Assembly: GCA_030390025.1 (NCBI GenBank)
Contig: CM059432.1
Location: 64,916,001 to 64,980,000 of the forward strand
Source: Squalus acanthias
Lineage: Eukaryota
Length of the DNA: 64,000 nt
Reading direction: 5' to 3'
Under the pieces are notes generated by a model. The model had not been told where the DNA came from. It did no database searches and worked only from the letters and a program-made list of their open reading frames with translations. Positions 51,189 to 64,000 of this stretch are shown in pieces. The translations under genes and the position numbers were made by a program. How positions within the stretch are numbered: the first letter of the stretch is position 1; every line of letters starts with the position of its first letter.

Positions 51189-53138
51189 ATGTCAACTTCA
51201 AGGTCTAAGGCCGCACCCCGGTTTGATGAGGACTCTCTCCATGCTCTGGTGGAGGGAGCCAGAGCTCAGAAGGAGGTGTTGTTTCCTTCCTCTGGGAGGA
51301 AAAAACCTCCCCAGCAGACCAAAGCTGTGTGGCTGCAAGTGGCACAGGAGGTCAGTTCACGATCAATGTGCAGCAGAACCTGGCAGCAGTGCCGAAAGAG
51401 GTTTAATGACCTTGTCCGCACAGGAAAAGTGAGTATGACATCATCATTACCCTCAATCTGCTCCCCATCACCTCTCATCACCAGCACTCTACATTGTCAA
51501 CCTCCTCCTCCACATTCCACTTTACCCTTACATCCCTTGCACCCTTAACCATCCCTCTCTCTCTATGTACACATTCACTTCACTCTTCGACTGTGCAGCC
51601 CTCACACTCCCTATCACTGTTATGCTATGACAACAACTAACAACACACAGGGAGGGCCCTTAGTATTGGCACCTCACTCCATCTTTGTGTCCTTCTAAGC
51701 ATCTATGTGATGGATTCTCTACACTCACTCCATCATTCTCACTCAAACTCCACTTGTGTCCCTCATTGCAGGAAAAGAGAGCCCACAATAAGAGGGAAAG
51801 GGCGAAGACAGGAGGAGGGCCACCCTCAATAGCTCATCTCACCAGCGCTGAGGAGGCAGCCCTTGAGATCGTGGGAGCCGAGGAGGATGTGCAAGTGGGG
51901 GACGGACAGACGGGCGCATCAGAGCAAGCTGGTGACAGAATAGTTTTGCATCTCTCTCATTGACATTGCATGAGTGACTGATATGGCTTCTGATGCTCAA
52001 ACAGATTGACTTATGATCATCTGCACAATTCCGTTTGCATGCAACGTTTATATCACATGTCTAAATCATTTCTTTACTCACCCACAGGACCATCGACAGC
52101 CCCCCTCCCCACTGTCCAGGAGCAAGAACCAGAGGATTCCTCAGGTGAAGCTGCAACCTCTGAGGGCGCAGCGTCGGCAGAATTAAGCGCACCCAGCACC
52201 AGCGCAGACACTCACACCTCGGTGGGACCTTCAGGACATAGAGTAGTGTTAGTGTTGTCACCTGGTGTATCACAGCTCACAAGTGATGGAGACAGGGACA
52301 GCAGTGGAGAGTCCTCGTCGGAGGCCGCAGGGCGCTCCCAGCTCGGCTCAGCTGCATGTCGAGCCTGTACCTCCGGGTCCATCCAGAAGGAGAGCGGTGA
52401 TGGAACTCCAGGAACAGGTACAGGAGTCTCTAGCAGATTTTGTCTCCAGGTTCGCTGCGAGTGTGGAGAGGATGGAGGAGTCCATCGCTAACATGAGCAG
52501 AGCATTTGTGGAGGCATTGGCGCATGAACGCATTACCACGGAAAGGATGGCAACCTCCGTGGAAAGGATGGCTACGGTAGAGGAGAGGATGGCTATGGCC
52601 ATGGAGGAGCTAAGTCGCCAGAGTGTTGAAAACATGGTGATTGTTCAGAATAGACTGACATCTCTGGAGGAGCAATGGACAGCTATTGAGCAGAGAAACC
52701 AGAGCTTCATGGAAGTCCTCTGGAGTAGGACTGCCAGTGCAGAAACGGGTCCTCATGGCCCCCCTGAAGTGCAGCAAGGTGCTGTCAAGCCACTTGCTAG
52801 CTCTGAAGTGGGGCTGACCCATGAGAGGGATGTTGGTGGCAGACAACAAGGAAGTGGGGGCTCCTCTCCAAGCGCTCACACTCCATGCCACTGCGGAGCC
52901 ATCTGTCAGAGCCCCACCAGAGTCCTCACCCAACTGAGATGGGCGTCTCATCCCCTGCACAGCCGAAGGAGCAGCAGACTGTTGGCGAGCCCGCACAGGC
53001 TCGCAACCCCAGAGGACGACGCCAAAGGTGTCGAGGCAGGAGCAGCAAGAAAGTGAGCAAGGGGCCTCCACATCTGCTGAAGCCACAGGGGAAGCACCAC
53101 GTAGGAGCACGCGTAAGAGGAAGATAAAGCACAAGTAG
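51189..53138 (+). pseudogene. Myb/SANT-like gene, 3 exons (51189-51428, 51772-51931, 52088-~53138); exons 1-2 intact, exon 3 frameshifted
   Basis: MSTSRSKAAPRFDEDSLHALVEG...W..VA..V...RTWQQCRKRFNDL; canonical GT-AG sites in frame. Confidence 0.85.
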
Positions 53139-53396
53139 TCACAAGGATAGTCACTTGGGTGTTCTCTGTTGTGTTTAATTGTGAAATGCCATCCTTTAGT
53201 GAATGTTATAAAATGAAGTGATGTCAAACTGTTGAAGTTCTGGGCTGTTTCATTTCACAAATAGAAGTTCCACATTGAGGGCTCAGGGTGACTTGGATTT
53301 GTCATGATGGTGGTCAGTGATAGGAAGCCGCAGGTTCTTGTCCATTGTCTATGGTGTGGTAAGAAAGTGCGAGCCAAATGTGTTTGATTGGGCAAC

Positions 53397-54655
53397 TTAA
53401 GCAAATCTGGCCAAGATGAGTGCATCCCTTGCATCCTGGGCAGCAATGTTCTCGTGTGCTGCTGCCGCTGGTTGATGCGCCGCCGCAAGGTCTTTGTTCT
53501 CGCTCTCCTCCTCCTTGTCCTCATCCTCCAGCTCCTCCTCATCCTCATCCTCATCTGAGGAGGCTATGCGCTGAGCCACTTGTCCCTCAGGCAGCTGCAA
53601 GCCACGATGCTGTGCGAGGTTGTGAATTGCACAGCAGACCACGGCGATTCTGGAGACCCTAGCTGCTGAGTACTGCAGGGCTCCACCTGATCTATCAAGG
53701 TATCTGAATCTTATTTTCAGCAAGCCGATGGTTTGCTCGATAATGGTTCTGGTGGAAATGTGGCTGGAGTTGTAGCACTCCTCAGCTTCGTTGGATGGCC
53801 TCCTGAATGGCGTCATTAGCCACGTCTTCAGGGGATAGCCCTTGTCTCCAAGTAGCCATCCGCAAAGTTGGTTTGGCGGACTGAAGAGCGGAGGCACACT
53901 AGACTGCCGCAGGATGAATGAGTCTTGGCAACTGCCAGGGTACTTGGCGCAAACATGCAAAATTTCTTTCTTGTGGTTACACACCAGCTGCACATTGAGG
54001 GAGTGGAAGCCCTTGCGGTTGACAAAAAAGAGCTGGATTGTGATGGGGTGCCTTAAGGCCACATGTGTGCAGTCTACCATGCCCTGCACCCTTGGAAAGC
54101 CTGCCAGATTTGCAAATCCAACCGCACGTGCGGTTATACTTGCTTGGTCCTTGGAGAAGTTGATGTAATTGTGGGCCTTTGCAAAGAGGGCATCGGTTAC
54201 CTGCATGATGCAAGTGTGTGCGGCTGCTGATGTCTGCTGATGATCCCTGGAATGAGCCTGAAGCAAAAAAGTTGAGAGCGGTGGTGACTTTTATGGCCAC
54301 TGGTAAGGAGTATCCACCCGCTCCTCTGGGGCTCCAGGTCTTGGTGCAGCATTGCGCAGATGTCACCCACTACCTCTCGCGAAAGTCTCAGCCTCATTTG
54401 GCACTGCTGCTCAGCCATGTTGAGGTAGATCATCATCTGTCTGTAAACCCTGTTTTGGGGGTATCTCCTGCGGCGACGTGCTTCCCTGCGCTGGCGCCTT
54501 CTTTCCTGTGCAGCTTCAGGTGGGTGAGCAGCAGGTTGGTGCTCCTGTTGTTGCTGCTACTGTTGGTGCTGCTGCTGTTCCGAGTTCTGCTGCTGCAACG
54601 GCTGGTCTTCGTCCGAATCGGAGGTCCAGGAGGAAAGGAAATAAATGGTTCCCAT
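53397..54655 (-). pseudogene. HARBI1-like transposase, frameshifted in the 5' half
   Basis: [36 protein letters not shown], acidic tail. Confidence 0.9.
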
Positions 54656-55831
54656 GCTGCTGGTATATACCTCAGTTGAGAAAGCGCTCAGTCAAGGTGG
54701 GGAGAGGGTTTTCCCAGGAGGCCACAGTGGAGATGGATCTCTGCTTCACCACTTCCAAAATCAGTAGACCTGCAAAAAGTTCTCCAAAACCTGAAAAAAC
54801 AAAGTTCTGCCACCTGCAAATGATCCTTGTTGAAAACTCTGTTTTTATGGTGGAGCTGCAGCTGTTAGGAAGGCAACCACTTGTGAACCCGACAGGATTA
54901 GCTGGCGTGTTTCAGGGGAGACGTGCAGCACGCTGGAAATGTGGCAAACTTTGAAAGTCCTCTCAAAATGGGATTATAGAGGTCGTTAAGTAGCAGTTAA
55001 GTGCCTTAAGGGCCTATCCCACCGCTAAGAGGCCGGACCGAAACGGAGTCTGCAAACCCACATTTTGGAAAGTTGCGCAGAGGCGGCTTGAAGGCGGGAT
55101 CGGAACCCGGCACCATTTTTTGCTACTTTACCACCTGACCCGCCTTCAAACCTGCCTCCTTGGGGCTGGCAAAATCCAGCCCATAGAGTCATAACGGCAC
55201 AGAAGGAGGCCATTCGGCCCATCGAGTCCGTGCCGGCTCTCTGTAGAGCAATCCAGTCAGTCCCATTCCCCCAGTCTATCCCCGTAGCCCTGCAAGTTTA
55301 TTTCCTTCAAGTGCCTATCCAGTCTCCACTTCCACCACTTCCGTCAGCAGCAAGTTCCAGGTCCTCACCACTCGCTACATAAAAATTCTTTTCCTCACAT
55401 CCCCCCTGTATCTCTTGCCCAAAAACTTAAATTTGTGTCCCCTAGTCCTTGTACCATCAACTAGTGGGAACAGCCTTTCCCCGTCTAGCCCATCCAAACC
55501 CATCATAATCTTGTACAACTCTGTCAAATCACCCCTCAACCTCCTTTGCTCTAATGAAAACAAATCCAGCTTCTCCAACCTGTCTTTGTAGCTAAGATCC
55601 CCCATCCCCGGAACCATTCTGGTAAACCTCCTCTGCACCCTCTGAAGGGCCTTCACATCCTTCCTAAAGTGTGGTTACCAGAACTGTGGCCTAACTAGCG
55701 CTTTATAAAGGTTCAACATAACTTCTCTACTTTTGTACTCAATACCTCTATTTATGAAGCCCAAGATCCCATATGCTTTGCTAACCACTCTCTCAATATG
55801 TCCTGCCACCTTCAGGGACCTATGCACATTA

Positions 55832-56662
55832 ACCTCAGGCTACAGGACGATATAGACGGGTTGGTTAGATGGGAAGAACAGTGGCAAATGGAATTTAACC
55901 CTGAAAAGTGTGAGGTGATGCATTTTGGGAGGACTAACAAGGCAAGGGAATACACAATGAATGGTAGGACCCTAGGAAGGACAGAGGATCAGAGGTACCT
56001 TGGTGTGCATGTACATAGATCCCTGAAGGCAGCAGGACAGGTAGATAAGGTGGTTAAGAAGGCATATGGGATACTTGCCTTCATTAGCCGAGGCATAGAA
56101 TATAAGAGCAGGGAGGTTATGATGGAGCTGTACAAAATGCTAGTTATGCCACAGCTGGAATACTGTGTGCAGTTCTGTTCGCCACACTACAGGAAGGATG
56201 TGATTGCATTGGAGAGGGTGCAGAGGAGATTCACCAGGATGTTACCTGGGCTGGAGCACTTCAGCTATGAAGAGAGACTGGACAGGCTGGGGTTGTTTTC
56301 CTTAGAGCAGAGAAGGCTGAGGGGGACCTGATTGAGGTGTACAAAATTATGAGGGGCGTAGATAGAAAGGAACTTTTCCCCTTAGTAGAGGGGTCAATAA
56401 CCAGGGGGAATAGTTTCAAGGTAAGGGGCAGGAGGTTTAGAGGGGATTTGAGGAAAAACCTTTTCACCCAGAGGGTGGTTGGAATCTGGAATTCACTGCC
56501 TGAAAGGATGGTAGAGGCAGGAACCCTCACAACATTCAAGAAGCATTTAGATGAGCACTTGAAATGCCATAGCATACAAGGCTACGGACCAAGTGCTGGA
56601 AAATGGGATTAGAATAGATAGGGCTTGATGGGCCTCTTTCTGTGCTGTATAACTCTATGACT
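55832..56662 (+). mobile_element. 5'-truncated CR1 inside the opposite-strand CR1
   Basis: WQMEFNPEKCEVMHFG, QLEYCVQF, QRVVGIWNSLP; tail ATAACTCTATGACTCT. Confidence 0.9.
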
Positions 56663-57475
56663 CTAGCTCTTGCATATCTCTGCGATTTCCCTGCAGATTT
56701 GCTCCTCTACCTCCCTCTCACTATTTGGAGGCCTATAGAATACCCCAAGAGTGATCATACCCTTTTTGCTCCTCAACTCTAACCAAATGGATTCTGTCCT
56801 TGTTCCCTCAAGAACATCCTCCCTTTCCAACACTACAATGCCTTCCTTAATCAGCACTGCCACCCCACCTCCCTTTTTTCCTTCCCTATCTTTTCTGAAC
56901 AGCTTGTACCCTTGAAAATTAAGTGCCCAATCCTCACCGTTTTTAAGCCACGTTTCCGTTATTGCCACAACATCATATTGCTACACGGCTAATTGTGTTT
57001 GTAGCTCACCAACCTTATTCACCACAATTCGTGCATTTACACACATGCATTCAAACCCATTTTTGAAATTTTCATAGTCTTTCTTACTCTGCTCCTATCT
57101 AATGTGGTACTACTACCGCCTCCAGTACTACTTTCTTCTCTAGTACTTTATGCACCTTCTTCCTCTTTTCTACTCCTATATGCTGGTGCCCATCCCCCTG
57201 CCAAGCAAGTGGCGCACTTGATTTAGAGCTCCACTTTCCTCTTTGAGCAAAATATGGGAATTTCTGAAATGTTTGAAAAGGTTAGCGCCTGGCGCTAATT
57301 TTTCAAACATATTTGATTTAGCGTCCAAAATGGTCCTCTAGGGGAATTTCTCCCCCATTCTTTTTCTCTATTCTTCCTACTAAAGTGAATAACCTCACAT
57401 TTCCCCACATTATACTCCATCTGCCACCTTATTGCCCACTCACTTAACCTGTCTATATCCCTTTGCAGAATCTAT

Positions 57476-59252
57476 GGCCACGATTTCGCCAGCGGAGGTG
57501 GGAGAGGTAGTTGACGGGTTCTGGTCTCGCTCCCGGCAGCAGCCCCTCTGTGAAATGGATTTCCTGTTAATAGGGCTTGTTAAGCCCGCCCTGCAGGGTT
57601 CCCGGCCAATTAAAAGGAAGCGGGTCTGATGATGTGATTTGATGACGCGTCATCAGCCGGTTTCCTTAAAGGGACCATGGCCGCATTCATTTTGACAGTT
57701 GTGCTGTCAGTGTTCTGCTGCATTGAGGTGCTGCAAATACTAACAAGCACTGCACAAATGTGCACGGCTGCACCCAGGCTCTCACATGACTCCCTCCATA
57801 TGCTTATGGCGTTAGTCACAGCATGCAGGGAGGTTCTCTTCCCTTCCAAGGGCAGAAGAGACCTCCCCAGGACACCAACGCAGCCTGGTTGCACATTGCA
57901 CAGGAGTGCAAAAGCAGGGATGTCATCAGGAGTACCTGGCTGCAGTGGTGCAAACCGTTCAATGATCTCAGTAGATCACGAAACGTTACTGCAAAGCCAC
58001 ACTCAACCTCATCCTGCTGTGCCACTCATCACATCCACATCACGCTGCCTTCCCTACCCTACTCTTGCACATCCTTACTCACACCAACTTACCTTGAACC
58101 GCCACCCATCCCTCTCTATCTACACTATCACTTCCCCATCTCACTAGCCACCCCTCAGACTCACCCTCATCTTAGTGCAATCATACCAACTAACAGCACA
58201 CAAGGGTAGGCACTTGGGTGTTTTATGCTATGTTTATGTAAATTTTCTGTTAATTTGTTGTCAAACATTGAAATCTTTATTTTCAACACTTTGCCTTATT
58301 GTGCAGATCTGTGCTCACCTTTGGAAGTGTCTTAGTGAGTTGCAGTGAATGGTGAGACATAATGGTATCCCCCGCAATGGTGATGAGTGTGAAAGGAATG
58401 GTTTGGTCATTGTAGCAATGCTTTATGGTGCTGGTGTGGGGTGGTGCCAACCTGGCACATCATGTGGCAGCCAGGGTGTACAGCATCAAGTGAAGTAAAT
58501 CTGGCCATGGTGATGCCATCGCTGGCCTCCTAGGCAGCAATGTTGTCGGGTGCTGATGCCCTGTGTCCTGTGCAGCATCAGGTGATTGCGGAGAAGGTTG
58601 GTGTTGTTGTTGGTGCTGCTGGTGTGTCCGGCGATGTTGGTGTTGGAACTGATCGTGGAGGGATTCAGAGGACCAAGGTGAGATTTTTTTCAAGGGCACC
58701 ATTGTTGCTGGAATAGATGGCAGCTGAAGTTGAGATGACAGAAGTGCTCTGTCAGTGGTGAGAGAGCTTGCTCCAAGGAGGTGACAGTGGATAGACAGTT
58801 TACTCCAAACAATTTCAAACTACATACAGCTCAAAAGTGTCTTCCAAGTCCTGAAGGCTCAAGCTTCTGACATTGGAAAGTGACCAGCTGTGAAATGGTA
58901 GCTTTCAGACCACTTTTGCAGCTGTCACCTATTCACAGCAATGGGGAGACATAGAGAACCCGACCTACTTACCTGACGTGATCTCCGAATGATGTGAACC
59001 CCGTTAAAAATGTGGTAAAATAGTAAAAGGCTGGCAAAATAGTAGTTAACAAGCACTTAACATGCATTTAAGTATCTTCAATGCCTCCCCGCCGCTTGCT
59101 GTCGGGTCTGTTCTGAAATCGCAGACCCGATACATTGGAAAATTAAATGGAGGCGGGTTTGCAGCCCGTTCCCAACCCGCTGTCAATCATTTTGATTTTG
59201 ATAGCGGACCTACCTCCAAACCCGCACTCTGAGCGACGGCAAAATTCTGCCC
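57476..59252. mobile_element. Internally deleted Harbinger related to 34589..38664
   Basis: Imperfect TIR GGCCACGATTTCGCC / GGCAAAATTCTGCCC; Myb exon 1 (AAPRLSHDSLHMLM); transposase start joined to its end. Confidence 0.82.
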
Positions 59253-62059
59253 TTTGTGTCCTCCTCACAGCTTACTTTCCCACCTAGCTTTGTATTGTCA
59301 GCAAACTTGGATACATTGCACTTGGTCCCTTCATCTAAGTCATTAATATAGATTGTAAATAGCTAAGGCCCATGTACTGATCGTTGCGGCACTCCACTAG
59401 TTACAGCCTGCCAACCGGAAAATGACCCCTTTATCCTTACTTTCTTTTTTCTGTCCGTTAACCAATCCTCTATCAATGCTAATATATTACCCCCAACCCC
59501 ATGAGCCCCTATCTTGCATAGCAAACTTTTATGTGGCATCTTAGCGAATGCCTTTTGGAAATCCAAAATACTACATCCGCTGGTTCCCCTTTATCTACCC
59601 TGCTAGTTACATCCTCAATAAACTCTAATAAAGTTGTTAAACACGATTTCTCTTTCATAAAACCATGTTGACTCTGTCTAATCATATTATGATTTTCTAA
59701 GTGCCCTGTTCCCACTTCCTTAATAATGGATTCCAGCATTTTCCTGACGGCTGATATCAGGCTAACCGGCCTATAATTCCCGGTTTTCTCTCTCCTTCCT
59801 TTCTTGGACAATGGGCTTATATTTGCTACCGTTTAATCTGCTGGGACCATTCTAGAATCTAGGGAATTTTGGAAGATCACAACCAATGCATCCACTATCT
59901 CTGCAGCCACCTCTTTTAGAACCCTCAGATGTAGGCCATCAGGTACAGGGAATTTGTCAGCTTTTAGTCCCATTAGCTTCTCAAGTACTTTTTCTCTACT
60001 GATATTAATTACTTTAAGTTCCTCACTCTCATTAGTCCTTTGGTTCCCCATTATTTTTGGTATGCTTTTCGTGTCTTCTACTGTGAAGACAGATACAAAA
60101 TATTTGTTTAAAGTCTCTGCCATTTCCTTATTCCCCATTATAATTTCTCCTGCATTGGCCTCTAAGGGATCAAAGCTTACTTTTGCTACTCTCTTCCTTT
60201 TTACATACTTGTAGAAGCTCTTACAATCTGTTTTTATATTTCTTGCTAGTTTACTCGCATATTCTATTTTTTCCCTTTTTATCGATTTTTTGGTCATCCT
60301 TTGTTGGTTTCTAAAGCACTCCCAATCCACAGACTTACTACTATTCTTCACAACATTATAAGCCTTGTCTTTGAATTTAATACTATCCTTAACTTCTTTA
60401 GATAGCCATGGATGGATCACTTTTCCTGTGGAGTTTTTATTTCTCAATGGAATATATATTCGTTGAGAATTTTTGATTTTTTTTTAATGTTTGCCACTGC
60501 TTATCTACCGTTATACCTTTTAATCTAATTTCCCAATCTACCTTAGCCAACTTGCCCCTCATACCTATGTAATTGACTTTATTTAAGTTTAAGAATCTCG
60601 TTTCAGACTTAAGTATTTCACTCTCAAACCCAGTGTGAAATACTATCATATTATGATCACTCTTCCCCAGAGGATCCTTTACTATGAGATTACTAATTAA
60701 TCCTGTCTCATTACACAATGCAAGATCTTCAAAAGACTGAACTCAGTGTTCAACTGGAATAAAAAAGCCAAATAAAATACTGGGTTGCATTAGCAGAGGC
60801 TTAGTGTAAAATGAAGCAAGTCGCTGTCAACAAGCATCCCTCTGCCTAATGTAAACAACTGTGCAACTACATATGATCATCACTGCATGTACCAGCAAGT
60901 ACTGTGAAACCTATATTATAGCATGTACTCTGTAACCATCCATGCCCTGAGAAAGTGTTTAAACTTCTGTACAGAACAAAATTATAAACAAAATATAAAG
61001 CAAAAGAAGTTGTATTGCAGCTATATAAACAGCCCAACTGGCAATTCAAACTCCCTGAGCTCTTCAGGGAAGAAAATCATGTCAACAGATGGCATCTAAC
61101 TGCAGTCAAAAAATCAAACTGTATTCCAAAAAGTAATTGCAGTACTTTGCATAATTTGACGAACCTCACTGCATCTCTATGGAAGGTTAAGATTATAAAC
61201 AAAGTAGAAACAGTTGGGCAACATTTAAGAATATGAGATAAATAATAAAATTCATGCAAATCTGCAAGCCAGTTACAGATTCATATTTACCCTCTGTAAG
61301 ATTTTTAACCTCAGTCATCTCACACTTCTGCAGGATCTAACCTCAATTATAAATCTTCATAGAGGTCAACATCATTCAGTCTAATTTAAATCTCAGCACA
61401 TTTGGATTTTGAAAATTATTCCTTAAAGCCATAAAACTGTATTTGATTCTGTATTCAGATACCATAACTGCACTGTTAGTACAGTCCGAAGCTACAAAAA
61501 TGGAACAAACCACACTTGAAACACTCTCTCATATCTGCAAAGATTGCATTTGTATTTAATTTCCAGGGACTGACTTTTGGCTTCATTATGCCCCAAAAAT
61601 GAGCACGTATGCATTGAAACAGAGGGATAAATTAGGTGGGAACCATTTTTTTAAATTGGTCCTGGGATGTGGGCAACACTGACAAGGCAATAGTTATTGT
61701 CCATCCCTGGTTGCCCGAAGGACATTGAGTCAACCGTATACATCAGGACTGAAGCCACAGTGACAAACAGGCCTGTTTCAAGTCACACAGATATCTGCTC
61801 ATATATTGCACTCAGCAAGCCTTTTAGAACTCATTGAGAAGAAGCTTATTCTATAATGCTAAGGATCATTCAGAATCCTGTAGATTGTGATGAACTTTTA
61901 TGAAAAGGATGGAAAACCTTGTGACTTCATAATCAAATGAGCATAGATTAATGTTCAAACTGAGTAATAACTGCAAGATTTATCCACTGGAACTGACATT
62001 CACAATGTACTGATGGCTCTAGGCACTCAAAATATTAATTGAGTTACTAAAGTCAAATA

Positions 62060-63452
62060 ATAAGAACATAAGAACATAAGAAATAGGAGCAGGAGTAGGC
62101 CATTCGAGCCTGCTCCGCCAATCAATGAGATCATGGCTGATCTTCTGCCTTAACTCCATTCCGCAGCCCTATCGCCATATCCCTTGATGCCTTTACTAGT
62201 CAGAAATCTATCGACTTCTGTTTTGAATATACCCAATGACTGAGCCTCCACAGCCCTCTGGGGTAGAGAATTCCAAAGATTCACCACCCTCTGTGTGAAG
62301 AAATTTCTTCTCATCTCAGTCCTGAATGGCCTACCCTTTATCCTGAGGCTGTGGCCCCTGGTTCTAGACTCCCCAGCCAAGGGAAACATTCTCCCAAAAT
62401 CAACCCTATGAAGCCCTGTAATAATAGCTGGGGCCCAAGCACCGATCCTTGCGGTACCCCACTAGTCACAGCCTGCCATCCTGAATAAGACCCGTTTGTC
62501 CCTACTCTTTGTTTTCTGTATGTTAACCAAGTCTCAATTCATGCTAGTATATTACCCCCAATTCCATGTGTCCCATTTTGTTCACCAAAATCTTGTGTGG
62601 GACCTTATCGAAGGCCTTCTGAAAATCCAAATACACTACATCTACCGGTTCCCCTTTGTCTACTCCACTAGTTACATCCTCAAAGAACTCCAATAGGTTT
62701 GCCAAACAGGATTTCCCTTTCATAAATCCATGTTGACTCTGCCCAATCTTACTATTAGTTTCTAAGTGCCCAGTTATTGCATCCTTTATAATAGATTCCA
62801 GCATTTTCCCAACTACTGATGTGAGGCTAACAGGTCTGTAGTTCCCCATTTTCTCTCTCCCTCCTTTCTTAAATAGCGGGGTTACATTTGCTATCCTCCA
62901 ATCTGCAGGAACTGTTCCAGAAATTTTGGAAGATGACAACCAATGCGTCCACTATCCCAATGGCCACCTCTTTCAAAACCCTAGGATGTAGGTCATTCGG
63001 TCCTTGGGATTTATCGACTTTTAGTCCCATTAATTTTGCTAGTACTGTTTTTTTACTAATAATAATTTCTTTAAGTTCCTCATTCTCACCACACCCTTGG
63101 TTTTCTCATATTTCTGGGAGGATTTTTGTGTCTTCCTACATGAAGACAGAAACAAAGTATTTATTTAATTTCACAGCCATTTCCTCATTCCCCATTATAA
63201 ATTCTCCCGTCTCTGACTGTAAAGGACCTACATTTACCTTCGCCAGTCTTTTCCTTTTCACATACCTATAGAAGCTTTTACAATCCGTTTTTATATTTTT
63301 CGCTATTTTGTGCTCATATTCCATTTTCCCTTTCTTTATCAATTTCTTGGTCCCCCTTTGCTGATTTCTAAAAAGATCCCAATCCTCAGGCCGACTACTT
63401 TTTCTGGCAACTTTATAAGCTTCCTCCTTTGACTTTGATTCAATAGAAGCTT
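62060..63452 (-). mobile_element. CR1 LINE, same subfamily as 26123..30690, with internal deletion at ~62425
   Basis: Nearly identical peptides ([35 protein letters not shown]); (ATAAGAAC)n tail. Confidence 0.93.
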
Positions 63453-64000
63453 GAATACCTAAACTGATCATGCAGAGGTTCTGATTGTGATAGTGGCCCA
63501 CAGGGTAAAAACTCGGTCACCTTTTTATTATGGGAATCACTAGAGTTCCCACTACCTACAGTATGCACAGGTGACACTGCGGGCCATTAGCAGTGGGAGC
63601 AGGGCCTGTCTGATGTGTAAGCCACCAGATTCAAGAGCAGCTGAGCAGGCAGGGCAGAAGGGGGCAAGCACCGACAGTCAGCATGAACGCTGGCTGTTGG
63701 CATGTAGATGCTTTTTTAAATTGTTTGAATGAAGCATTTAAAACCTGTGTTTTGTGGCATGTTGCATTGGTCAGCACTGCAGAATAAATGCTTATTGTTT
63801 CATTTTCAGTGAGCTTTTGCACAATCATCAGAACTATGCCACAGCAGCAGGGAGCAAGTAAAGGAACTTTACATGCAAATTATCCATCTGGCCCCTAATG
63901 ACAAGTGAGGGGAAGAAAGAAAGTTCTTCAACAATAGGAAGATCATTTGCAACCTTTGCTCAAAGACGGCGAGTAACCGCTACCCTTGGTTGGCGATTGC

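Larger units (their letters stand above)
50906..55182. mobile_element. Near full-length Harbinger transposon (Myb-like +, transposase -)
   Basis: TIR GGGCTGGATTTT / AAAATCCAGCCC; ATA TSD. Confidence 0.95.
49998..57204 (-). mobile_element. CR1 LINE (tail 49998-50001 and 50895-50905, RT end 55183-55830, endonuclease 56663-57204)
   Basis: GCAAGT direct repeat at 49992-49997 and 57205-57210; AITETWL and FYRPPNS motifs; (GAGTCATA)n tail. Confidence 0.8.
49407..57356. mobile_element. Harbinger-type MITE (own sequence 49407-49997 plus 57205-57356) hosting a CR1
   Basis: TIR GGGGGCAAAATCCCC / GGGGAATTTCTCCCCC; ATT TSD 49404-49406 and 57357-57359. Confidence 0.8.
48638..60728 (-). mobile_element. 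CR1 LINE split into 48638-49406, 57357-57475 and 59253-60728
   Basis: Contiguous ORF2 once inserts are removed (LGKSDHNMI to VRPHLEYC); tail (ATAAGAAC)n at 48638. Confidence 0.9.

Overview
Non-genic, almost wholly transposon-derived vertebrate DNA. The repeat repertoire (CR1 LINEs with 8-bp microsatellite tails, L2, Deu-type SINE tails, abundant Harbingers) suggests a cartilaginous fish; this is inference. No host exon can be supported. Main contents: (1) a two-LTR provirus at 8014-15521 with a 5-bp TSD (AAGAC), a tRNA-Ser-like PBS, a gag with two CCHC knuckles, most of pol deleted, and an env built like a paramyxo/pneumovirus-type class I F protein rather than a gamma/beta-type env (lokiretrovirus-like); (2) five near full-length PIF/Harbinger transposons, each with a spliced Myb/SANT-like gene convergent with a HARBI1-like transposase, plus about ten derivatives or MITEs with 3-bp TSDs, including three copies of one ~890-bp MITE and its full-length relative; (3) several CR1 LINEs and a 1.3-kb solo LTR, nested up to four levels deep. 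Family assignments come from motif recognition by eye, not database searches.
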